64,000 nucleotides of DNA from Desulfatiglandales bacterium. GTDB taxonomy: Bacteria > Desulfobacterota > DSM-4660 > Desulfatiglandales > HGW-15. Where the stretch lies: the NCBI GenBank assembly GCA_963667015.2, contig CAXXJJ010000001.1, positions 2,624,001-2,688,000 of the forward strand, written 5' to 3'. The notes below the pieces were generated by a model. The model made no database searches. It worked only from the letters and a program-made list of their open reading frames with translations, and was not told where the DNA came from. The position numbers and the translations under genes are program-made. Every line of letters begins with the position of its first letter. Positions within the stretch are counted from its first letter, which is position 1. Positions 8,563-17,017 of the stretch are shown in pieces.

Positions 8563-8940
8563 ATGGTGGTAAATATACCATTATCCGGGACATAAGTGCA
8601 AATCTGTTTTATTTTTACTCGTTTTAACCCTGAAAACTTTCCATTTAAAGAGGGTGATATATTTTAAGGTTGCCCTTCTTTAGGTCCTTATTGTCTCGAA
8701 ATGTACTCTCTTTATCGGAGATCCCATGATTTTTCTATTAGTTATGATTTTTGCACAAAATCATGTGCACACGTGCACACAAAAATGTGCCATTCATCCG
8801 ATTTTCAGGTTCTTATTTTTTTAATCACCTTGACTGCCTAATTAATTTCCCAAAACATCACTTCATAATTGTCATGATACCAGAGGTTTAACTCATTAAT
8901 ACCTTGTCATAGTTTCTTCCTGATATCTCTTTTGCCATTA

Positions 8941-8956
8941 TGGCACAGATATTGTA
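8941..8956 (+). promoter_or_regulatory. Possible sigma-54 (-24/-12) promoter
   Basis: TGGCAC-AGATA-TTGTA versus consensus TGGCAC-N5-TTGCA; ends about 60 bp upstream of the ParB-MTase ORF. Confidence 0.4.
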
Positions 8957-9015
8957 AATACAAGGCCTTCAGACAACTAAACTTGCCTTTGTGAATTCAA
9001 CTTTTTATAAAGAAA

Positions 9016-10794
9016 ATGACCATGGAAATGATTGAAATTGAAAAGATTGATCCTTCTCCTTTCCAGCACCGCAGGCATGTGAATGCTGATAAACTCAGAG
9101 AGCTTGCCCTGAGTATAACGCGGGACGGGCTTATTGAGCCGGTAGTCTTAAGGCGTTGTAACGGTCGCTTTCAGCTCATATGCGGTGAAAGGAGATTAAG
9201 GGCTGTCAGGGAGTATACTGACAAACGAACCATACTCTCCAGGGTAATTGAAGCAAACGATCTTGAGGCAAGGCGTATGTGCGCTGCTGAAAACCTTCAG
9301 CGTGAAAATCTGTCTGTCATAGAGACTATTGAGGTTATAGTCGATCTGATTGATGCTGAACTGGGCGATGATGATGAATATAAGCTTATGGGGGATAAAT
9401 CACTTGATAGAGTTAAAAAGCTTTTGGGAAAAATGGATACCTTAAGGCGTAATGAGGAAAGGAATTATACAAGCGGAGATATTACAAAACACACGTCCCA
9501 TAAATTTATGGGACGAGTCGAAAATATCTTTAAAAATCTGCCTAAATCATTGAAATGGCGATCATTTTACGGAAATGACCTCCAGATTTTGATGGACACC
9601 TCAGAAGAGGTTCTGATGGCCGCAATAGATCACAATCTGAACCGGTCACAGGTGAAAGCCCTGGAAGGACTTAAACGAGTATCTCCTGTTGAATTCCAAA
9701 GGGTTACCGGGAAAGGGCAGGGTAATTGCGGCAATGTACTATGCGAATTAAGCGCAAATGAGATAAAAGAGATTACTGAAAAGGCAGTAAAAAAGTCGCA
9801 GCTTGAACAGCCCGATGATATTGCCCCGGATGTAATGGCAAAGGATATAGCAGTATTCAGAATGAATAGTCTTGGTTTTTCCAGTAAAAAGATTACCTCA
9901 CTCCTGAGCGTAAATCGCAAAACAGTAATGTCATACATCCAAAAGAGGAAGACAGCCAACCGTGTGAAAAAGGCGATCAAAACAGGTAAAACTGTAAACC
10001 AGGCAGCAATGGAAAATAACTGCCCTCCTGCAGTTGCCTGGTCAATAGCGCTTGAACACAGGGACGACATGGAGCGGTTCAGTCTCCTAGGATGGGGTCT
10101 AAGGACATGGGATTACTGGTTTTATAATGATGTGGATAAACGTTTTGGTGATGACTGGCCAGGTCGTATTCCTGCCCAGATGATAGCTCATATGCTCTAC
10201 TATTTTACTGAGCAGGGTGAACTGGTAATGGACCCCATGGCAGGCGGAGGGGTTGTGCCTGATACATGCCTTGTATTGAACCGCCGTTGTGTGAGTTTTG
10301 ACATGGATGCTCACCCCGATGCCAGGCCCGAGATACAAAAGTGGTTCTGGGATACTGATAATATGAAATGGCCCCTGGACAGGAAAACAAAACCCGATTT
10401 AATCCTGTTTGATCCTCCCTATTTCAGCAAAAAAAAAGATGGATATCACAAAGACAGTATAGCTGGCCTTGAAAAACAAGAGTACCTCCGGTTTTTTGAG
10501 GGGTTTTTTAGCCTTGCCAGTGAACACAGCAAAAAAGAAACTATATTGGCTATTATCAATGCCGACTGGAGAGATTTTCAGGGGAGACCGGCAAGAGAGG
10601 AGACATGGGAAAATTCCATTCTGATAGATGATTATCTGAATGCCCTTGGAAAAGGAGGTTGGAAGATGACGCATATGATACAGGCACCCATGTCATCGGA
10701 ACGTTTCAATGCAGGTGTAGTATCCGCAATGCAGAAAAAGAAAATACTTGGGGTTACAAGTCGATACGTTATTGTGGCGAAAAAGCAAGCCTGA
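9016..10794 (+). CDS. ParB/Spo0J N-terminal domain + HTH + amino-DNA (N6-A/N4-C) methyltransferase fusion
   Basis: LALSITRDGLIEPVV, GERRLRA, AENLQRENL (ParB); WPGRIP, DPMAGGG (motif I), FDPPY (motif IV). Confidence 0.85.
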   Translation: MTMEMIEIEKIDPSPFQHRRHVNADKLRELALSITRDGLIEPVVLRRCNGRFQLICGERRLRAVREYTDKRTILSRVIEANDLEARRMCAAENLQRENLSVIETIEVIVDLIDAELGDDDEYKLMGDKSLDRVKKLLGKMDTLRRNEERNYTSGDITKHTSHKFMGRVENIFKNLPKSLKWRSFYGNDLQILMDTSEEVLMAAIDHNLNRSQVKALEGLKRVSPVEFQRVTGKGQGNCGNVLCELSANEIKEITEKAVKKSQLEQPDDIAPDVMAKDIAVFRMNSLGFSSKKITSLLSVNRKTVMSYIQKRKTANRVKKAIKTGKTVNQAAMENNCPPAVAWSIALEHRDDMERFSLLGWGLRTWDYWFYNDVDKRFGDDWPGRIPAQMIAHMLYYFTEQGELVMDPMAGGGVVPDTCLVLNRRCVSFDMDAHPDARPEIQKWFWDTDNMKWPLDRKTKPDLILFDPPYFSKKKDGYHKDSIAGLEKQEYLRFFEGFFSLASEHSKKETILAIINADWRDFQGRPAREETWENSILIDDYLNALGKGGWKMTHMIQAPMSSERFNAGVVSAMQKKKILGVTSRYVIVAKKQA

Positions 10795-10968
10795 AATTTG
10801 TTAGGAATTCACACAAACCATACTATATAGCTTTAAGGAAAAAAGGTGCAGGATGGAGGCGCAAACCTTGACATTTCTCCTTAATGCATTGTCTAAAAAC
10901 ATATATGATTGGATATGAGAGGTTATGTCAATCAGTAATGTCCAAGGTTAAGGGCTGGCCACTTTCGT

Positions 10969-11847
10969 CTACTCTGATTTAGGGGGAAACAGCACTCTTA
11001 AACCTTTGCTGAAGGCATAGGGGGTAACTGCATAATGAGATTCTCCCTCAAAAACAATGCTAGTAATGTTCAGGCCTTTGTATTTTCGCAGTTCAAGAAC
11101 AGCAGCCAGTTCCCGCAGTTGATGGACCATCATGTCATCTGGAAGATTTTCCAGGCTTCCTACTGAAAGAAAAATATTGGATGGTAACTCTTTGTTATTT
11201 TGGGCATACTCCGATTCCATCTTAAATATAACTCTATCATCCCATGGCAAACACGGGCTTGAAATAAGGTAGCTGGTAAACAGTTGCGGCTCACTGAAAA
11301 GGGTATACAGTGCGAACAATCCTCCAAATGAATGCCCCACAAGGGTTTTTTCATTTGTTTTTGTATTGTATTTTGTATCTATAAAAGGAATTATTTCATC
11401 TTTTATACACCTGAGAAACTCTGAGCCTCCACCTGTCCATGATTCAACTATACCAAAGTTTTCATAGATATCTGATCTTGTAGGTGTCAGGATGTAGGAA
11501 CGTTCCTTGAACCACTCTTCTGTAGTGTTGACCTCCATCTCAATACCCACTGTAATTAGCTCAGGAATTTCATGTCCGACTGCCAGCCATTTGGCAGTTT
11601 CTCTCAGGGTGCCGCCATATCCAAATGCATCCAGATAATATATAACGCCATATTTTTCCCCTTCAGTACTATATTTTTCAGGTACTCCAACCTGAAGTCT
11701 TATGTTTCTATTTAGAATTTTAGATTTTACAGTAAGGTTTTGAGTTGGAACGATAGTCCAGTTTTCTCTATTTTTCTTTGCTTCAGCTGATACCACAGCG
11801 GGTATAAGGAACAAAATACATAACGCTATACAACTGATATATCTCAT
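10969..11847 (-). CDS. Secreted alpha/beta hydrolase (IroE/BesA-like esterase)
   Basis: Signal peptide; GHSFGG nucleophile elbow; FEGESH catalytic His region; RBS GGAGG. Confidence 0.85.
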   Translation of the reverse strand: MRYISCIALCILFLIPAVVSAEAKKNRENWTIVPTQNLTVKSKILNRNIRLQVGVPEKYSTEGEKYGVIYYLDAFGYGGTLRETAKWLAVGHEIPELITVGIEMEVNTTEEWFKERSYILTPTRSDIYENFGIVESWTGGGSEFLRCIKDEIIPFIDTKYNTKTNEKTLVGHSFGGLFALYTLFSEPQLFTSYLISSPCLPWDDRVIFKMESEYAQNNKELPSNIFLSVGSLENLPDDMMVHQLRELAAVLELRKYKGLNITSIVFEGESHYAVTPYAFSKGLRVLFPPKSE

Positions 11848-12046
11848 TGCTGCCTCCGTTTATTATTAACAGTTAATGATGCCTGCTTTTGAAGGGTGGG
11901 GTTGTGTCCCGGTTAAAAAAAACAAATCTTCCCTATGGGATTTAACAGTTTAAATCACGAATTTTGAAAGTCTTCAATAAAAATAAGAAAAGCAACGGGG
12001 TGCGTCTCGACATGGGACATGTAAAGAGGGAAATTTTACAGGGTGA

Positions 12047-12072
12047 GTAGAGAGAGGTTTTAAACCTGTCTC
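12047..12072 (+). repeat. GTAG-type REP-like palindrome
   Basis: GTAG followed by stem GAGAGAGGTTT / AAACCTGTCTC (one mismatch). Confidence 0.45.
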
Positions 12073-12431
12073 CTGATCATGGTTATTTGATTCCCTTGAC
12101 AAAATGTACGGGTTTTTAGCCTTTTTTATAGCCTATATTTTTGGTGTTTTTTCGACACAGTCAATGATTTACTCACCAGAAAACAGGACAATACTGAATT
12201 TCAATTTACCAGGACCGTCTCGCACTTGTTTTCGGGTGGGGTGACTTGTTGAACAGTGGTGTAAAACTTTAACACTGAATCTCTTAAGTTGTTAAAACCA
12301 TAAATTTTCAGATACTCTGTAATTTTTTGGGTTAGCGTCATGAGCAGTTCCCTGTCTTAGTCGGTAGAAAGGGACCTAAAAAATTAAAATTTCAGTCGTT
12401 CCAGTTTATGAGAGCGAGAGCGTTTTTTTAC

Positions 12432-12466
12432 TATTCTGTTCCGCTTTCAACTAGCGGAACAGAATA
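12432..12466 (-). terminator. Perfect 14-bp hairpin downstream of the corrinoid protein gene
   Basis: TATTCTGTTCCGCT-TTCAACT-AGCGGAACAGAATA, 18 bp after the stop; no clear U-tract. Confidence 0.55.
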
Positions 12467-12484
12467 ATTGAGAATAAATAAGGT

Positions 12485-13117
12485 CTACAAAATAATACTT
12501 TTTGCCAGTTCGGCAGCAGATGCTGCATCTTCCGCATAACCGTCAGCACCGATTTCATCAGCATAGCTCTGTGTAATAGGTGCGCCGCCAACAAGAATTT
12601 TAACCTTGTCTTTCATGCCTGCATCGATCAAACCTTTTACTGTGTCTGAAAGAGCCGGCATTGTGGTTGTAAGAAGACAGGACAGCGCAACAATTTTACA
12701 ATCCGGAGTAGAGTTTATTGCCTCTATGAACTTGTCTGTAGAAACGTCAACACCCAGGTCAACGAGTGTAAAACCGGCAGATTCGATCATCAGAGACACG
12801 AGGTTTTTACCTATGTCATGAAGGTCACCGGCTACTGTACCGATTATACATGTTCCCAGAGATGTAGATGTATCGCCAACCATAAGAGGCTGAATAACTG
12901 CAACTCCCTTTTTCATTGTATGGGCAGCCATAAGCATTTCAGGAACAAATATTTCTGATCTTTTGAATTTGTCACCAACGATAGCCATTGCTTCAATCAT
13001 GGCGTCGAGGATTGTGACTGGGCTGCAGCCTTCATCCAGTGCGCCCTGAACAGCTTCTGCTACAAGTTTTTGTTTTCCTTTTTCGGTTAATTCTTTTACT
13101 TCATCTAATTTTGACAT
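12485..13117 (-). CDS. Methyltransferase-cognate corrinoid protein (MtaC/MttC-like; B12 cap + B12-binding domain)
   Basis: IFVPEML cap motif; GDLHDIGKN; DLGVDV; SCLLTTTM; VGGAP. Confidence 0.93.
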   Translation of the reverse strand: MSKLDEVKELTEKGKQKLVAEAVQGALDEGCSPVTILDAMIEAMAIVGDKFKRSEIFVPEMLMAAHTMKKGVAVIQPLMVGDTSTSLGTCIIGTVAGDLHDIGKNLVSLMIESAGFTLVDLGVDVSTDKFIEAINSTPDCKIVALSCLLTTTMPALSDTVKGLIDAGMKDKVKILVGGAPITQSYADEIGADGYAEDAASAAELAKSIIL

Positions 13118-13274
13118 GTAATGCCTCTTTTTAAATTAAAATAAACGGTGCCAGGTCCAGGTTAAACAAATACAAGAAAGGTTTAACAGGATTCACCCTG
13201 TTAAATAGGGTTTCCTCTGGGAAATTTAACAAAGTAAATCTTCACCTTTGACACCGTTTTGTATACAAATGAGC

Positions 13275-14084
13275 CTATTTTTTCTGGACACCAAATAACT
13301 CTTCTCTGTAGGCGCCAATATATTCCATACACATCATATCCTGTCCCAGCAGTGCCTCTGTAGCATAAATTAAGCCTCTCATATCCCTGTTCAACGGATC
13401 AAGAATTACGCTGTCCATACCGGCGGTCATAGCCATAACAACAAATGCCTGGTTCACCATTTTGCGGGCAGGCAGGTTAAATGAAACATTGCTTGCTGCA
13501 CCTGTAACATGAATAGTCGGGTAACGTTTTTTGATTTCTCTAATTACATCCATAAGCATATTTACACCATCTTCTGATGTACAAAGCATTTCCACAAGAG
13601 GGTCAATATGCAGACGGGAGGGATCAATATTGTATTCCTTTGCCTTTGTCATGATATCTTCGAAGATCTTAAGCCGTATTTCGCCGGTCTTTGGAATTCC
13701 ATTTTCGTCGTCACACAGCAGGGCAGCGACCTCCCATTTACTGTCTGCAATAACAGGAAAGACATCTTCCATCTTGGTTCCTTCTCCTGATACTGAATTT
13801 ATCAGGCCCGGTTTTTTACAAAGTTTTGATATGTCGGCACAAAGCTTTGCGTTAGGACTGTCCACAGCTATAGGCGTGTCAGTAACCTCCTGAACCTGCT
13901 CCACCATCCACTTCAGGGTTTCATATTCTATTTCCGGCCCAACTGATGCACACACATCTATAAAATTTGAACCTACATCTGATTGTACTTTTGCCAGATT
14001 TTTAATAAACTCTGCATCCCTGGCTTCTATGGCCTTGGCCACAGAAGGAATGGATCCATTTATTTTTTCCGCAATAATTATCAT
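13275..14084 (-). CDS. Methyltetrahydrofolate:corrinoid methyltransferase (AcsE-like, pterin-binding TIM barrel)
   Basis: MIIIAEKING, AVDSPN, INSVSGE, IDPLV, SNVSFNLPAR, GMDSVILDP. Confidence 0.9.
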   Translation of the reverse strand: MIIIAEKINGSIPSVAKAIEARDAEFIKNLAKVQSDVGSNFIDVCASVGPEIEYETLKWMVEQVQEVTDTPIAVDSPNAKLCADISKLCKKPGLINSVSGEGTKMEDVFPVIADSKWEVAALLCDDENGIPKTGEIRLKIFEDIMTKAKEYNIDPSRLHIDPLVEMLCTSEDGVNMLMDVIREIKKRYPTIHVTGAASNVSFNLPARKMVNQAFVVMAMTAGMDSVILDPLNRDMRGLIYATEALLGQDMMCMEYIGAYREELFGVQKK

Positions 14085-14191
14085 TGTTATTTCTCCGTTT
14101 TCTATAAGGTTAATAAATATTAAAACATAGTAAATAAAACATAAGGACGAGGGGGTTTAACTCATTAACTTCATTAGCTATTATTGCCAAT

Positions 14192-14245
14192 ACGACGCGG
14201 AGCGTCCAATATAATAGATGTTCCCACTGGGACAGTGGGAACGAG
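14192..14245 (+). repeat. REP-like double-hairpin element
   Basis: GACGCGGAGCGTC hairpin followed by TTCCCACTG-GGA-CAGTGGGAACGAG hairpin. Confidence 0.55.
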
Positions 14246-14251
14246 GAAAAT

Positions 14252-15268
14252 CTAAAGTAATTGACATTTGCCTGTATAGGCCTCCCATAATGCCTGATAA
14301 AGTGTACATGTCAGGCTGTTTCTGCCATTGCCGTTGTAGTGCAACCTGCTGGGGCATTCGCCCGGGCATCGGTCCTTTACAATACAGGTTTCACATTTAT
14401 CTGATTGGAGTTTGTATTCTCCAAGTGCTACTGTCTTAGAAAATTTTGTTTCATTAATGTTTCCCGAATAAAAGTCTCTATCTTCCATGGTCTGGCCGCA
14501 TGGGTAGGCGCTTCCGTCTGGAAGTACATATATGCTCTCACTATTACAGGCATGGCAGAATGAATTATTTATCCTTTTCTGCACGGAAGATTTTTTAAGA
14601 AGTTCCAGTTCCCTATTAAGAATGGGATTTCTTCGCAACTTGTTGAAATATTGCAGGGAGTTCATCATGGAGATGATATTTTCTCTTAACGATTTAGCAT
14701 GTGCCGGTTCGATACTTTCTCCATTTCCCTTATTTACAAGCAGATCAAAACCAATACCGCGCACCATGTTATAGCCTGCGAGCAATGTTACGAGACTTGT
14801 AAGATGCTCTATATTTACCATTGATAATACTGTGGTAATCCGGAATGGAATGTTCAGGCTTTCCAAAAATTGCAGACCTTTGTATGTATCTGCTGCCCTG
14901 CCGCGAAGCTTTTCCTGAACAAAAGGAGGTCCGTCAAGACTGACTCCGACCTGAACATTATGCTTTTTTAAAAACATCAGTATGTCCAGATCCAGTAGTG
15001 TACCGTTGGTCTGGAGACCTATGGTATATGGTCTGTTTAAATTCCTGGCATATGACACCGTGTGTTTTACAAGGTCAGGGACAAGAGCAGGCTCTCCCCC
15101 TGTAATCTGTATATGGCATGGCCCTTCGCCTTCACTTGCCAGATCAAGTGCCTTTTCTATTGTTTCGGCTGGCATGTCACACGGTTTTTTAATATTGCCG
15201 TTATAACAATAGGCACAACTCAGGTTGCATCGTGTTGTAAGGGAAATAATGAGATACCGGATGTCCAT
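14252..15268 (-). CDS. Radical SAM protein with SPASM domain
   Basis: CNLSCAYC; TGGEP; QTNGTL; VSLDGP; CHAC..YPC; CETC..CPGEC..C. Confidence 0.92.
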   Translation of the reverse strand: MDIRYLIISLTTRCNLSCAYCYNGNIKKPCDMPAETIEKALDLASEGEGPCHIQITGGEPALVPDLVKHTVSYARNLNRPYTIGLQTNGTLLDLDILMFLKKHNVQVGVSLDGPPFVQEKLRGRAADTYKGLQFLESLNIPFRITTVLSMVNIEHLTSLVTLLAGYNMVRGIGFDLLVNKGNGESIEPAHAKSLRENIISMMNSLQYFNKLRRNPILNRELELLKKSSVQKRINNSFCHACNSESIYVLPDGSAYPCGQTMEDRDFYSGNINETKFSKTVALGEYKLQSDKCETCIVKDRCPGECPSRLHYNGNGRNSLTCTLYQALWEAYTGKCQLL

Positions 15269-15271
15269 TAA

Positions 15272-16006
15272 TCAGTCCCTTGCCTGGTTTACCGAAAGCA
15301 GTGCGAAGGAAAAAAAAGCGATACCTATAACCGGCAGAACAATATATGACAAAAGGTCAGGTATTTTTCCCAGTGCAACGGAACGCATGGCATTGGAGGC
15401 ATGGGTCAGGGGCAGAAAATAAAGTATATGCTGAATCCATTCGGGCATCTTTTCAAGTGGAAAGAATGTCCCTCCCAGAAAAGCCATGGGTGTTATAATA
15501 AAATTGGTTAAAAGGGATTGATCAGCGTGTGATTTTACCAGCATTGCGCAGGCCACAGCAAGGGATGAAAAGACAAAGCTGTTCATGATCATGGCGAGCC
15601 AGAAAAGGGGACCGTAGTGAAGAAAAATACCAAAAGGTATACCCAGTATAATAATGACAAGAACACCTAAAAAGGCACGGGTCATACCTGCAAGCACTTC
15701 GCCTGCCACGTAGCTGAAATTGCTTATCGGAGCAGCCTGGAATTCCTCAAATATATACCAGTAGAAACGTGCCACATTTATATCGGTCGCTATTCCGAAC
15801 CCCTGGGTCATGCTGGCCATTGCGGCAAGACCGGGTATAAGGAATTCCAGATAGGTATATCCGTTGTAGTTTATTTCTCCCCCCATGGCATAACCAAATG
15901 CTATCATATAGAGCAGGGGCGATACAGCCATGCTTGATAACTGACGTTTCAGTCTGCTATTTAAAATCAATATTTCACGCAGGTATACTGCAATGATACC
16001 GTTCAT
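15272..16006 (-). CDS. ABC-2 type transporter permease
   Basis: Six TM segments; FLIPGL, PMAFLGGTFFP, LPLTHA. Confidence 0.9.
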   Translation of the reverse strand: MNGIIAVYLREILILNSRLKRQLSSMAVSPLLYMIAFGYAMGGEINYNGYTYLEFLIPGLAAMASMTQGFGIATDINVARFYWYIFEEFQAAPISNFSYVAGEVLAGMTRAFLGVLVIIILGIPFGIFLHYGPLFWLAMIMNSFVFSSLAVACAMLVKSHADQSLLTNFIITPMAFLGGTFFPLEKMPEWIQHILYFLPLTHASNAMRSVALGKIPDLLSYIVLPVIGIAFFSFALLSVNQARD

Positions 16007-16842
16007 TACTTCACCTTCTTTCCTGTAAGCGATAAAAAGGCATCCTCCAGATTTACCCGCCGGAGGGTAAATCCATTGTGCCCGGCCTCTGATGATCTGG
16101 CTGCGGAATCCCTGTCTTCAAAATAGGCGGTATTTATCCCGTCATCCGTTAGCCAGTCTATGGCCCAGTTGCCTATATCGGACATCAGTTTTTCAGGAGA
16201 TTCTATTGTAACAATCCGGCCATTATCCAGGAATGCCACCCTGTCTGCCAGGAACTCGGCCTCTTCTATATAATGGGTTGTTAAAAAAATGGTGGTTCCG
16301 CCCTGTTGTATCTTTTTTATAAGCGCCCATATCCGGCGGCGGATGTTCGGGTCAAGCCCCACTGTGGGTTCATCCATAAAAAGTATCCTGGGGCTGTGCA
16401 GCATTGCCCTTGCAATCATTATCCTGCGCTTCATTCCCCCGGACAATTTTTTAACCAGGCTGTTCAACCTGTCCTCCATCTCCACATAGGCAAGGAGTTC
16501 GTTTATTCTGGCCTTACGATCCGAGGCCTTCATACCGAATAGCCTGCCGTGAATATCGAGATTTTGAAAGACTGTCAGCTCACTGTCCAGGTTGATATGC
16601 TGGGGAACCAGTCCGCACTGACGCTTAGCCTCTATGGAATCTTTGCCGATATCATAATTGTTGAGAAAGGCCTGCCCCTCTCCCGGCCTGGTAAGGCCCG
16701 TCAGTATGCGGATGGTGGTCGTTTTTCCCGCGCCATTAGGGCCGAGAAAGGCAAACAGTTCTCCTTTCCTGACGTGAAGGTCAACGCCGGCAAGGGCCTT
16801 TGTGTTTCCATATTCCTTTTTAAGGTTGTTTATTTTTATCAT
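16006..16842 (-). CDS. ABC-2 type (DrrA/NodI-like) ATP-binding protein
   Basis: GPNGAGKTT, LSGGMKRR, DEPTVGLD, TTHY. Confidence 0.93.
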   Translation of the reverse strand: MIKINNLKKEYGNTKALAGVDLHVRKGELFAFLGPNGAGKTTTIRILTGLTRPGEGQAFLNNYDIGKDSIEAKRQCGLVPQHINLDSELTVFQNLDIHGRLFGMKASDRKARINELLAYVEMEDRLNSLVKKLSGGMKRRIMIARAMLHSPRILFMDEPTVGLDPNIRRRIWALIKKIQQGGTTIFLTTHYIEEAEFLADRVAFLDNGRIVTIESPEKLMSDIGNWAIDWLTDDGINTAYFEDRDSAARSSEAGHNGFTLRRVNLEDAFLSLTGKKVK

Positions 16843-16964
16843 CGGGTTATCTCCGGTATACTGCTGATTATAAGCCAGAAACCACTATCAAAGCGTAATT
16901 TGTATTTTGCTTTTGTGCAGGCATTTCTCGCCTGACAGGGATTTAATGACCTGCAATCTTTAAC

Positions 16965-16992
16965 GCAAGGCAGGTTACTATACCTGCCTTGC
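16965..16992 (-). terminator. Hairpin after TonB receptor gene
   Basis: GCAAGGCAGGT-TACTAT-ACCTGCCTTGC perfect 11-bp stem; weak U-tract. Confidence 0.5.
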
Positions 16993-17017
16993 AAAGGGAT
17001 TTAATCACCTTGTAAAG

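Noticed and set aside
8337..8627. 96-aa plus-strand ORF
   Set aside because: Overlaps the lipoprotein start on the opposite strand and repeat copy C; no RBS or motifs.
9016..10794. Plasmid partition locus or restriction-modification system
   Set aside because: No ParA, replication gene or endonuclease neighbour in the window.
14181..14369. Small ORF (MSITLDFPRSHCPSGNIYYIGRSASYWQ) as RiPP precursor for the radical SAM enzyme
   Set aside because: Overlaps the rSAM 3' end, lacks a good RBS and runs through the REP-like hairpins at 14192-14245.
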